DNA of 64,000 nucleotides, taken from positions 304,705-368,704 of the forward strand of contig MGFX01000001.1 of the NCBI GenBank assembly GCA_001792115.1, written 5' to 3'. The number at the start of each line of letters is the position of its first letter. Position 1 is the stretch's first letter. Under the pieces are notes generated by a model. The model was not told the DNA's origin. It worked only from the letters and a program-made list of their open reading frames with translations, and made no database searches. Positions 19,738 to 29,044 of this stretch are shown piece by piece. The stretch is from Candidatus Woesebacteria bacterium RBG_16_42_24 (lineage in GTDB: Bacteria; Patescibacteriota; Microgenomatia; UBA8517). A program made the translations under genes and the position numbers.

Positions 19738-20946
19738 ATGCCACTTTTTGCTTACAAAGCACTCGATACAAAAGGTAAGATAGTTGAGGATACAATTCAA
19801 GCCACAACTAAAAAAGACGCTGCAACGATTCTTTCCGCCAATAATCTTAAGGTTCTCACTATCCAAAACTTAGAGGGAGGGATAGGCAATATTGTTTTAG
19901 GGGGCATTTCCATCTCCGAAAAGGCAAATTTTTGCAGGTTCATGGCCATAATGTTAAGAGCCGGTTTGCCGCTACCTGAAGCCCTCGAGATAATAAGACG
20001 AGAATCTTCAAACAAAAGGATGCAAAAAATTCTCGCCGATATTTCTTTTCAGACCAGAAAGGGAAGAAATCTTTCAGCGGTTTTATCGCAATACAAAGAA
20101 GACTTTGACCAAGTTTTTCTTACAATTGTAACCGCGGGCGAGCATTCAGGGACACTCGAGAAATCCTTTGACTATCTAGCCAAACAACTTATGGCCTCTT
20201 ATGAGTTTACCCAGAAAGTAAAAGGTTCTTTAATGTATCCTGCTGTAATAATCGCCGCCATGCTGGGGGAGGCCCTTCTTATGCTTCTTTTTGTGCTCCC
20301 CAAACTCTCGACTGTGTTTATGAGTCTTGATATTGAGCTTCCACTCGCAACCAGGTTAATCCTGGATTTTGGCAAATTTGTTGGAGACAATACCGCCCTC
20401 ACCCTAGGAGTATTTTTTGGCTTTATCGCCTTAGTATTATTTTTATTCACAAATAGAAAAACCAGAAGTTATCTATTTTCATTACTCACAAAGGTTCCTG
20501 TTGTTAAAAAGATGATTGTAGAGATAGACGTTTCTCGTTTTGCCAGGACTCTTTCCATTCTTTTAAAAAGTGGGGTACCCATAATTGAAACTCTGGAGGT
20601 TTCAGCAGGAGCCGTGAGTCAGCCAAAGTGGAAGGAAGCCACAAAACGCTTTTCTGCCCAGGTCGCACGGGGTAAAGCTCTCTCCGAGGTAATGCTTGAG
20701 GATGAGTTGTTTCCGGCGGTTTTAGCCCAAGCAGTAAGAACCGGAGAAGAAACAGGAAGTATAGATGTTGTTTTAGAAGACCTCGCCGATTTCTATGAGA
20801 AAGAGGTAGATTATTCTCTAAAAAGAGTCACTTCACTTCTCGAACCAGTTCTCATGCTTATTATAGGCATTGCAGTGGGGGTAATGGTGGTTCTTATAAT
20901 CACCCCGATCTATAGCATAGTGGGAGGGTTGGATAATTCGCTTTAA
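19738..20946 (+). CDS. pilC: Type IV pilus platform protein (PilC/GspF)
   Basis: AGEHSGTL, LMYPA, GEETGSI, LLEPVL; duplicated T2SSF domains. Confidence 0.93.
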   Translation: MPLFAYKALDTKGKIVEDTIQATTKKDAATILSANNLKVLTIQNLEGGIGNIVLGGISISEKANFCRFMAIMLRAGLPLPEALEIIRRESSNKRMQKILADISFQTRKGRNLSAVLSQYKEDFDQVFLTIVTAGEHSGTLEKSFDYLAKQLMASYEFTQKVKGSLMYPAVIIAAMLGEALLMLLFVLPKLSTVFMSLDIELPLATRLILDFGKFVGDNTALTLGVFFGFIALVLFLFTNRKTRSYLFSLLTKVPVVKKMIVEIDVSRFARTLSILLKSGVPIIETLEVSAGAVSQPKWKEATKRFSAQVARGKALSEVMLEDELFPAVLAQAVRTGEETGSIDVVLEDLADFYEKEVDYSLKRVTSLLEPVLMLIIGIAVGVMVVLIITPIYSIVGGLDNSL

Positions 20947-20953
20947 ATTTAAT

Positions 20954-21631
20954 ATGGATAGAAGCGGTGTAAATACTTTTTTCAAAGATATATTTAAGGA
21001 TCGCTCAAGCTTACTCCTTCTATTCATCGCATTAATCTTGATTTTGTTGCCAATTTTAATTTTGCGTTCACCAAAAAAAGTGACGGATACAATAAGAGAA
21101 GATCAAATTAAAATACAAAAAGGGGACCGAACTCTAATTGTTAGTGAAGACGGTAGCGTTGAGTATATAACCCCCGATGGAGTCTACTATGAAACCTGGG
21201 ATAGCGAGAGAGTGAGCAACTTTTTCAAGGAAATTAGGGCTTTGGCTAAAAGTAATCTAAACAAACCTCCCCCCAAGGAAGGAGCTCAAGGTTATTGGAT
21301 AACATTATATATTGACGGAGAGCTGGTCAAAATTTTTGTAGAGGGGACCAATGAATATATTGAGGAAATTCTTCAGGAGCTTGAGGAATTGGCTACAGGG
21401 GAAGAAGAACCCACGTTAGAGGACGTTTTTTCTGGCAATACCCCAACTCCCACACCGCAAGCCATCCCGACCTATACTTTTTTCCCCTCTCCCACGCCAA
21501 CTCCGGGTTATTTTGTTGGGGGCGGTAGTGTGGAAGAGGACTGTAGGCTTTGGCTGGAGCAGGGTTTAGGCAGTACAGTCATCTCGAACACGGTTTGCAT
21601 ACTCTCCAGCTCCCCGACTCCTACTCCCTAA
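20954..21631 (+). CDS. Hypothetical membrane-anchored protein with Pro/Thr linkers
   Basis: N-terminal TM, TPTPTP tracts, C-terminal Cys pair. Confidence 0.7.
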   Translation: MDRSGVNTFFKDIFKDRSSLLLLFIALILILLPILILRSPKKVTDTIREDQIKIQKGDRTLIVSEDGSVEYITPDGVYYETWDSERVSNFFKEIRALAKSNLNKPPPKEGAQGYWITLYIDGELVKIFVEGTNEYIEEILQELEELATGEEEPTLEDVFSGNTPTPTPQAIPTYTFFPSPTPTPGYFVGGGSVEEDCRLWLEQGLGSTVISNTVCILSSSPTPTP

Positions 21632-23018
21632 CTTCTTCCCAAGAAATAAATCTGTATTCTATTGTATTTGGGAAATATGGAGGCGGGTCAGTTCTCATGC
21701 TGGTGTCATAGTCCAGAGTACTTTTTATAAATCCCGCGGCAGGACTTTGTGGACCCTGGGAAAAATTCCAGTAAGAACTAAAGTTACTTATTAAAGAACC
21801 ATAAAAATTAAATTCATTCTTCATCTTGTCGCTAGAGTGGGAGCATTTAAACCAATTATAGTGGTGGCGGATAATTCGGCCGTTTTGGGCAAGGATTGCT
21901 GCATGTAAATCAAAATACTCTGGGACGTCCCTACCTATAATTATGTCCTTTTGGGCAATTAACCCCAGTCTTGAATTGCCGTCTTTTGCCAAGTATGTAA
22001 GGTCGTTAGTTATCCAAATATTTGTTTCAAAAGAACCAATCGGAAACCTCGCGGCGACCAATGTAATTTCTCCATTGACCACGCCGTCGACCCAAACCGT
22101 ATCTTCGGCAAAAACAATGTTCCTTTGTGAAATCTGATAGGTACCCAAAAGTGTTTCGGAGGTTATGTCCTGATAAAGGTTCTCACACCCTTTTTCTATA
22201 GAGTATCCCTTAAAAGAATTAACCCCGATAACCTTATAGACGGAAAAGTCTCCGTTATCTACGAATACTATGTGATAGCCTTGAGCAGCCGAGGGACCAA
22301 GATACAACCCATTTGTTTGGGAAGCAGCCTTTAATTTGGAGAAGTCCACCTTAATGCTGTCAAAGTCTATGGGCTTTACCGGGAAGCTCCATAGATCGTC
22401 AATCTCCCCGTTACCCCAGATGCCAGGTTTTTCTTCTGGATTGGTGCACCCGGTTTCTAGGCCGCAAATGTAAATTTCTTTTGAGGATTCGACGGTGGAG
22501 TTATTAGTTCCATCTTGTCTTATGCCGCCATTTGAGAATACCGGACCGTTAATTGTAACTCCATTGCCAAACCAAACATTGGAATTGTGTAAGAAAGAGA
22601 AGCTAGTTAGGGAAATGGCACCATAGCGAACTCGGATGGTTCTTCTGACTTTGGGATAACGGTTTGTCCAACCCGTCGAGGTGATTGTTACAATGTTTGA
22701 GGATTCGGCGGGTGGTGTCACCGTGAGATTGAACTGGCCAATCAATCCAACTTCAGGGTCTTCGTAGTCGTGGATACCAGTCCCGGAAGTAAAGTCTGTC
22801 GAATCTTGCAAAAGGTGCCAGCGGTAATAATTTACCCCTGCCTCTGCCATTGCTAAGGCAGAATCAGAGGCGACTTGGCGGTGCGAAAAGTCGAGTTGTT
22901 GCGAGATTGCAAATAGTATCCCGAATATGGCAACTGCAAAAGAAGCTACTATCACAAGAAGCGATGGGGTAATAGAACCTTTGATTAAGGCCGGACGGGA
23001 GAGATAATTCCTAATCAT
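21621..23018 (-). CDS. PilX-like minor pilin with large C-terminal domain (probable start MIRNY)
   Basis: KG|SITPSLLVI prepilin-like segment, ALAMAEAGVNY, YD...DPPPYFP...ISWEE. Confidence 0.8.
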   Translation of the reverse strand: MIRNYLSRPALIKGSITPSLLVIVASFAVAIFGILFAISQQLDFSHRQVASDSALAMAEAGVNYYRWHLLQDSTDFTSGTGIHDYEDPEVGLIGQFNLTVTPPAESSNIVTITSTGWTNRYPKVRRTIRVRYGAISLTSFSFLHNSNVWFGNGVTINGPVFSNGGIRQDGTNNSTVESSKEIYICGLETGCTNPEEKPGIWGNGEIDDLWSFPVKPIDFDSIKVDFSKLKAASQTNGLYLGPSAAQGYHIVFVDNGDFSVYKVIGVNSFKGYSIEKGCENLYQDITSETLLGTYQISQRNIVFAEDTVWVDGVVNGEITLVAARFPIGSFETNIWITNDLTYLAKDGNSRLGLIAQKDIIIGRDVPEYFDLHAAILAQNGRIIRHHYNWFKCSHSSDKMKNEFNFYGSLISNFSSYWNFSQGPQSPAAGFIKSTLDYDTSMRTDPPPYFPNTIEYRFISWEEVRE

Positions 23019-23631
23019 TTTCTTTAACCATTCTAATTTGTATAAATGATTCGATAGTATAATCTTTGACGGGGTCACTAGCTTTAGTATTAAGAGTCAA
23101 TGCAATCTTTACAAGTTGGGTGTCCGATAGTCTGCTAGCGAGTGCCAGGGGGTTATTGATAGTATCTTGTGGCCAGTCTTTATTGTAATAATAAAAAATT
23201 GGACTCGCCCCATTTCGGACATAATTTGTAATAACTTTTATACTCTCGGAATTTACTGGGTAAGAAATTGGCGGATCGGTAGGTTCTATAGTTGCCTTGG
23301 TTAAGGAAGTCCCAGTTAGCGTATAGCGGATTCGTTCCACTTCTCCGTCAAAATCATAATCTGAATAAAATATTATTTCCTGATCGGAAAGAGTAACTAG
23401 GGGGAAAGAACCGTCGTCGGCTTCCTTCGCGTTTCTAAGTTCGCGGGCAAATATGGAAACAACGCTATTTGAATCCTCAACAGTCAGATAATTTTGAAAA
23501 ACGGAAACTTGGTTTTGGCTGATTATGAATTGGATGCTTAAAACCGCTCCTGCCAAGATAGTAAGTAGGATGACGCTGATAAGAATTTCAATAAGTGTAA
23601 AACCTGATTCTTTTGCCTGGGTTAGTTTCAT
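23011..23631 (-). CDS. PilW-like minor pilin
   Basis: G|FTLIEILIS class III signal; RELRNA. Confidence 0.88.
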   Translation of the reverse strand: MKLTQAKESGFTLIEILISVILLTILAGAVLSIQFIISQNQVSVFQNYLTVEDSNSVVSIFARELRNAKEADDGSFPLVTLSDQEIIFYSDYDFDGEVERIRYTLTGTSLTKATIEPTDPPISYPVNSESIKVITNYVRNGASPIFYYYNKDWPQDTINNPLALASRLSDTQLVKIALTLNTKASDPVKDYTIESFIQIRMVKEND

Positions 23632-23636
23632 TTTTG

Positions 23637-24989
23637 TTATTCCGGCGTCAACACTATTTCGTCTTTGGTATATTCTGTGACAATAACCTCTCCCGTGTAA
23701 TTTAAAAATCCCGAGGCAGTGGCTTCAACTTGATAGGTTTTCTCTTCCAAGCCAGAAAAAAGGGTTTGTCCAAAGTCCGGCGCGGAACTGCCCCCCGTAG
23801 TTTTGGTTTGGTCAAAACTGACCCCGTCGTAGACTTTTACATAGACATTTTCAATTAGGCTTAGGGTTGGGTCTTTGACAAAAGTCAGAAGGCTATGAGT
23901 GGAATGTGCGTAAACGACAAAGGTTAAAACATTTGTAGAGTCTGGGACGATGTTAAGAGGCAGGAGGGGTGTCGCACCTCCGATATCATATGAGGTTCCC
24001 GTATCCATGTATATTTGGTAGACATCCCACTCTAGATCCTGAATAGTGACTTGCCCACTAGCATTAGTCGTAAAGGGATCGTCCAGCTTATATATGGGTT
24101 GAGCATAGGCGTCTGTCCCTAAAATCTTTGAACCTCGGAGCTTAAAGGATACGTCGGGGGCGGGAGAGTAGTTTTGCTCCCTCCCGGTTACGGAAGATAC
24201 GCTAAGAGTCGACGTCTTGTCGATTGCAAAACTTATTTGGGTCACTTGGTCGGCAAATACCCCCTGGTCTTGTTTTAGAGGATTAGTGATTTCAGAAATG
24301 GAGTAGGTTCGCTCTAAACTATAATCAGTTTTTGTAACCGTGATTCTATAACAGGCGACGCATTCGGTTGCGCCCGGAAGAGTAACTTCTCCGTCCTCGT
24401 CGGTTTCGTATGTTACGTCGATTGCCGGGGTGATGCCGCTTGAGACGATATTCACAGAGGCTTGGGGAAGGGGATTTCCATTGGCGTCAAAGACCAATAC
24501 CTTCAAGACCCCGCCCTCAATCTCTGTTGCTATGCCAGATGAAATATCGGTTGATATTGCCACTGGGTTTCGGGAGGATGCGGCAATACCCCCCCAAGTC
24601 ACCTCGACCTTTACCCTTTTGTAATCTGCGGGATCCGTATCGGTGGGGGCAATTGTGTCAAAGGGGTCGTCGATATAAATTATGATAGTTCTTACCATAT
24701 AGTTAATTCCGTTTCTTTGGAGGTTCTCGCCTTGAGCAAGATTTCCAGGAGGAATGCCTCCCAGGGTACCAACGTCGTCGTATGGGAGGTTTCTTATTAC
24801 CTCTATTTTCTCCTGGGCAATGTACTTTGCGGCAATTCTAGCCCGGCTATAAGAGATTATTTCGTAGCTAAGCGAGCTGATCCTGAATAGGGCTAAACCG
24901 AAGATTGAAAGTAGTGCAATTCCCAATAACAAATCGAAGTAACTTTGGCCCTTTAGTAAATTTCTCACACTAGGCAGGAATTTGGGCAT
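23637..24989 (-). CDS. PilV-like minor pilin with carboxypeptidase-regulatory-like beta domains (probable start MPKFL)
   Basis: KG|QSYFDLLLG, AQEKIEVIRNLPY, YKRVKVEVTW, VFDANGNPLPQASV; TGCTATACT just upstream of the ATG. Confidence 0.82.
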   Translation of the reverse strand: MPKFLPSVRNLLKGQSYFDLLLGIALLSIFGLALFRISSLSYEIISYSRARIAAKYIAQEKIEVIRNLPYDDVGTLGGIPPGNLAQGENLQRNGINYMVRTIIIYIDDPFDTIAPTDTDPADYKRVKVEVTWGGIAASSRNPVAISTDISSGIATEIEGGVLKVLVFDANGNPLPQASVNIVSSGITPAIDVTYETDEDGEVTLPGATECVACYRITVTKTDYSLERTYSISEITNPLKQDQGVFADQVTQISFAIDKTSTLSVSSVTGREQNYSPAPDVSFKLRGSKILGTDAYAQPIYKLDDPFTTNASGQVTIQDLEWDVYQIYMDTGTSYDIGGATPLLPLNIVPDSTNVLTFVVYAHSTHSLLTFVKDPTLSLIENVYVKVYDGVSFDQTKTTGGSSAPDFGQTLFSGLEEKTYQVEATASGFLNYTGEVIVTEYTKDEIVLTPE

Positions 24990-25076
24990 ATTTTTAGTAT
25001 AGCATTCGACCTGTTTCTCAGGGAGACATTCCTTGTGTATAATCAAGGATAAGGTAGGGAACTACCTAATCTGCCC

Positions 25077-26525
25077 ATGCAAAGAAAATCTTTTGTTGCA
25101 ATAACCTTCACTCGGCAAAAACTCCAGGTAGTAAAACTCAATTCGGGCAAAACTCGCGTTGAAAAATTTGCCACGGTTGACTTGCCCCAGGGAATAATTT
25201 CTGACAATCAGGTTGTAAATCCGCAAGGGCTCACGCAGGTTATTAAAAATATATGGCGAGAGCTCGGGTTCAGAGAGAAAACTGTGGGGATTGTAATACC
25301 GGAGTTCTCCACCTTTGTGAAACCACTAGAACTTCCTAAATTAGAGGTTTCGGAACTCGACGAAGCTGTTCGTTGGCAGGCTCAGGAGTTTCTTCCCACT
25401 GGGAGTTCCGAGATGGTTATGGATTGGAAAATAGTTGGCGAAAATGGGGAAAAATACCACATTCTGACGCTCGCCATGAAGAAGGCAGTCTTGGCGGGCT
25501 ATGTGGATGCGGTTTCTATGGCAGGACTTTATCCACTATTGGTTAAGACTCCGGCTCTCACACTAAACTCTCTCACGGGCAAAGAACCTTTGGGCAAACT
25601 AATTATCTATTCCAATTTCGGAGAAACAGTACTAGTCGTTGCTTACGGAGAAAAGATATTGGGAAGCTCGGTCTTGAATCTTGATGAAAAAGTGGACGTG
25701 GTTGAGAGTGCAAGCCTAATAGTTAAGCATTATAAAGAAGTCGAAATAAAAAAAGTTTTTGTAGGTGGGGCAGATATAACGCAGGCTTTTGCTGCCCAAG
25801 TCGGTAAGATTTTAGGTAGACCGGTCGAGGTTTTAAAATCGACCGTTCAGGGAATTCCGCCTGGAGAGCTCCAAAAGTATCTAGTTACAATTTCATTGGG
25901 ATTAGCTAAAAGCGTGGGTCCTTCGGACGAGACTACAATCAATTTGCTGCCCGTAACTTGGGTGAAAAGATATGAGGGCAAAAGGCTTAAATCGCAAATC
26001 TGGGGACTATTGAGCTTATCGACCCTGGTCATTCTAGGCTGTTTAATTGTCACCGCAGGAACCTATTTCTATCTGGGGAGAGAAGCCGAAAGAATTGCAG
26101 GGGAAAATAAAACCAAGGTGACAACAGTTCCCGAAGAACTTACGGCGAAGATTTCTGAAATTAATGAAACTAGTGCTCGAATACTTGCGGTTTCTGAAGT
26201 TTCCCAGACCCCGCAAGAGGTGATAAACTCGATTCTCGCCGTAAAACCCCCCGAAGTGACAATTAAGGAGTATAAACTTGACCTCGACAACGGAAAAATA
26301 TTTTTTAAGGGAGTAAGCCCGACTCGAGAAGCTCTGGTTAAATTTAAAGAAGGGCTAGAAGGGAATCCCGAGTTTGCATCCATTTCTATTCCAATTTCTA
26401 GCTTTGAGGCAGAAATAGACTTAGAGTATGAAGTAAATTTGATATTTGTTCCTGCAACTCGGAAAGCGGGGTCGACCCCCAAGCTTCCACAAAATGTTAA
26501 AAACACAAACACCCCAGGTATCTAA
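25077..26525 (+). CDS. pilM: PilM-like protein fused to a PilN-like domain
   Basis: ELDEAVRWQAQEFLP, MDWKI, VFVGGA; internal INLLP followed by TM helix and PilN-like periplasmic domain. Confidence 0.82.
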   Translation: MQRKSFVAITFTRQKLQVVKLNSGKTRVEKFATVDLPQGIISDNQVVNPQGLTQVIKNIWRELGFREKTVGIVIPEFSTFVKPLELPKLEVSELDEAVRWQAQEFLPTGSSEMVMDWKIVGENGEKYHILTLAMKKAVLAGYVDAVSMAGLYPLLVKTPALTLNSLTGKEPLGKLIIYSNFGETVLVVAYGEKILGSSVLNLDEKVDVVESASLIVKHYKEVEIKKVFVGGADITQAFAAQVGKILGRPVEVLKSTVQGIPPGELQKYLVTISLGLAKSVGPSDETTINLLPVTWVKRYEGKRLKSQIWGLLSLSTLVILGCLIVTAGTYFYLGREAERIAGENKTKVTTVPEELTAKISEINETSARILAVSEVSQTPQEVINSILAVKPPEVTIKEYKLDLDNGKIFFKGVSPTREALVKFKEGLEGNPEFASISIPISSFEAEIDLEYEVNLIFVPATRKAGSTPKLPQNVKNTNTPGI

Positions 26526-27183
26526 TAAATCGAAGGTGAATCAGGCAACAACCCTTAAGGGAAGTCCGATAGATGTGACTAAACCTCCCAAGAGGGAGGC
26601 CGAAGAGGAAGTTATAGAGGTGTTTGACGAGGCTGGAGGGATTAAAAAAGGAAGTTTTCTAGGGAATTTACTTATAAGGGCAGCGATACTTGCCTTCATC
26701 AATCTGGTAGGCGTTGCGGGTATTATATATTTTGACCGAAGCATTGCCAAGAAAGCTATCGAGGTCAAAAATCTAAGGAGCGAGCAAATAGGCCTAAGCA
26801 ATCAGAATTCAGAAGTAATCAGAAATAGCATTGAGCAATATCAGAAGAAGGGGGAAGTACTTGCACAGGTATTTCCCAATGACGCTGGACTTGTAGATTT
26901 TGCCAACGAACTGGATAGAATTAGGAAAGAGGGAAAAATTGTCGGATTTACTTTTGTGGCAGAAGAGGCAGTAAAAGATAAAACTGGTTCGTTAGGGATC
27001 CCCGTGTTAATTGAAATTAAAGGCACTTGGGCAGAAATTGACACCGACTTACGAAAAATCCAAGCTCTTCCGTTTTTGCTGCGCGCAATCCAGGTAGAAG
27101 CGGGACCGGCCCTCGAAGAGGGACAAATTGACTTTACATTTGGGGGCTTTTTATATGTTGGGAAAGACTTTAGGAAAAATTGA
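26494..27183 (+). CDS. PilO-like protein (probable start MLKTQ)
   Basis: TM + coiled coil + IEIKGTW...IQALPFLL; position after pilMN. Confidence 0.65.
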   Translation: MLKTQTPQVSNKSKVNQATTLKGSPIDVTKPPKREAEEEVIEVFDEAGGIKKGSFLGNLLIRAAILAFINLVGVAGIIYFDRSIAKKAIEVKNLRSEQIGLSNQNSEVIRNSIEQYQKKGEVLAQVFPNDAGLVDFANELDRIRKEGKIVGFTFVAEEAVKDKTGSLGIPVLIEIKGTWAEIDTDLRKIQALPFLLRAIQVEAGPALEEGQIDFTFGGFLYVGKDFRKN

Positions 27184-27394
27184 CCGGTTCTATCCGATTT
27201 TGGTAATAGTGCTTATTGCACTTTCTGTCCTTGTGTTTTTTTCATTAAGGAGTGTATTTAATGGGCTTACTAATGCGAGCGAATTTGATCTGGGTGTTGC
27301 ACCTTCAAATACAAAAATTAACGAGAAAAATCTTAACGAGGCATACAAAGAAGTATCTGAAAAGCCAGTATTAAAATTCGACTTGGCCCAATAA
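27155..27394 (+). CDS. Small single-TM pilus-cluster protein
   Basis: TM helix then short polar domain; overlaps the upstream gene. Confidence 0.6.
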   Translation: MLGKTLGKIDRFYPILVIVLIALSVLVFFSLRSVFNGLTNASEFDLGVAPSNTKINEKNLNEAYKEVSEKPVLKFDLAQ

Positions 27395-27410
27395 GGAATT
27401 GGGCGATATA

Positions 27411-27869
27411 ATGAAACAAGTGAGAAAAGGATTTACACTTATCGAACTTCTTGTGACGATTGCCATAATAGGCATTTTAGCTACAGTCTCGATAAGCGCC
27501 TTAAATCCCCAGAGGCAGTTGGCTAAAGCTCGTGATACCCAAAGGAAAACCGATATTTATTCTATCGCCTCAGCCATATATCAGTTCGCATCTGAACACT
27601 CAGGAGATTTGCCCGATACAGACGGAAATCCTCTGACGAGTAACTTTCCAACGAGCCCAACTTGTGTTGGGACCGGTGGCGGTTGTTTCAATCTGGGTGC
27701 AGCAGGGGATACAGAACCCGTTGTCCCGACTTATATGGCAGCAATGCCCAAGGATCCGAAAACAGGAACGGACGCCAATACAGGCTACCTTGTAAATAAA
27801 GATGCTAACGGAAGAATAGTCTTAACCGCAACCGGCGAAGTCGATAACCCCATAACGGTAACGAAATAG
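27411..27869 (+). CDS. Major type IV pilin / pseudopilin
   Basis: KG|FTLIELLVTIAIIGILA, KARDTQRKTD, Cys pair, MPKDP. Confidence 0.93.
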   Translation: MKQVRKGFTLIELLVTIAIIGILATVSISALNPQRQLAKARDTQRKTDIYSIASAIYQFASEHSGDLPDTDGNPLTSNFPTSPTCVGTGGGCFNLGAAGDTEPVVPTYMAAMPKDPKTGTDANTGYLVNKDANGRIVLTATGEVDNPITVTK

Positions 27870-27884
27870 GCTTTGCTTTCAATA

Positions 27885-27948
27885 TTTATAACAGCATTCA
27901 AGAAAACCCCGATTAAATCGGGGATGAATTGAACGCTGATATGCCATC
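27885..27948 (+). repeat. Structured repeat element copy 2 (IS200/IS605-end-like / MITE-like)
   Basis: TTTATAACAGCATTCAAGAAAAC-[CCCGATTAAATCGGGG]-ATGAATTGAACGCTGATATGCCATC. Confidence 0.85.
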
Positions 27949-27955
27949 ATGATTT

Positions 27956-29044
27956 ATGAGAGCTGAACAGATTAACGAAACTATCCCTAGGTTATTAGTT
28001 AGTAATGAATTTGCCGGCTTCGTTTCTACAGGAAATTTTAATTATGAGCAGACGCAAAAATTGATTCTTCTTCATGTTGGTTTAATTGGCGAACATAATT
28101 TAAATACTCCCTATACAGCCTTTACCGATAAAGGTAGAGGTCTATCTTTCCAGCCCATAAGACTTGGTGAAGATTTAGTTTTAAAAACTGGACCGATAGG
28201 AGCATTTAGCGCTGAGGAGATAGCCGTTTTTATTCAAGAGCAATCCAGAAATTATGTGGATAGAACAACCATGGGTAGGGGTTTTCCGAGGGGCGATATG
28301 GGGGCAGAGCAGGAACTATTGGCGGTGTTTATAGACGGATTTAGTAGCAGTGACGTTTTTATAGTAATAGAAAAAGAGTTGCCGGAGGGAATTTCAACTA
28401 TCGGTGGGGCAAGAATTGTAAGGGGTATTTCCCAAAGAACCCTGAAAGAAACAGCCTCTTATGAAGAATATTTAAAAAAGGGGCCCCTATCTTCTCTTCC
28501 GACATTTTCTGCAGTTAAGCTGAAGGGAGAAGATGTTTTTTCCTCAGACCTTTTAAGTGTGCCAGAGAAAGATTGCACTTGTATAACGAGATACTGGAGG
28601 GAGGATGATTATACCCTGGCGGCACTGCAAGTAAATAATTCGCAGATACCGGTGGACATAATAGCTGCAATGCCCATTGCCTATTCAGTCTACTTTGCTA
28701 AGGAAGCGGGGGTGAGGAATGTTCCGAGGGTCGCGGTTTATGACATTCATATGCGCGCAATTGCAGAATTTGCCAGAGATAATTTTGCATCTCAAATAAT
28801 TGCGGATGGCGAGGGGGTAGTTCCGACTAGAGAGGTTTTAGATTCAGTTCTTAAATACCATTATGGCGGCCAGGAGTTAGAAGGTTATCGGGGAAAGATT
28901 GTGGTTGGCGGATTCCACACCTCAAGTTTCCTAAGTAGATCCCTCAAATACCTAGAGGGGAGGGTAGAATTAGACGATTCAGTTTTACAGATAGCAAAAG
29001 ATGTGATAAAAAGTAGTGTAAATTTCCCGCCCGAATTGGCATGA
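27956..29044 (+). CDS. Hypothetical protein, putative GNAT-fold acyltransferase (LuxI/FeeM N-acyl amino acid synthase-like)
   Basis: Ordered motifs DGFSSSDVFIV...IGGARIV...LPT...CITRYW resemble D.FD..S..F...VGT.RL...LP...E.SR; weak similarity, judged by eye. Confidence 0.5.
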   Translation: MRAEQINETIPRLLVSNEFAGFVSTGNFNYEQTQKLILLHVGLIGEHNLNTPYTAFTDKGRGLSFQPIRLGEDLVLKTGPIGAFSAEEIAVFIQEQSRNYVDRTTMGRGFPRGDMGAEQELLAVFIDGFSSSDVFIVIEKELPEGISTIGGARIVRGISQRTLKETASYEEYLKKGPLSSLPTFSAVKLKGEDVFSSDLLSVPEKDCTCITRYWREDDYTLAALQVNNSQIPVDIIAAMPIAYSVYFAKEAGVRNVPRVAVYDIHMRAIAEFARDNFASQIIADGEGVVPTREVLDSVLKYHYGGQELEGYRGKIVVGGFHTSSFLSRSLKYLEGRVELDDSVLQIAKDVIKSSVNFPPELA

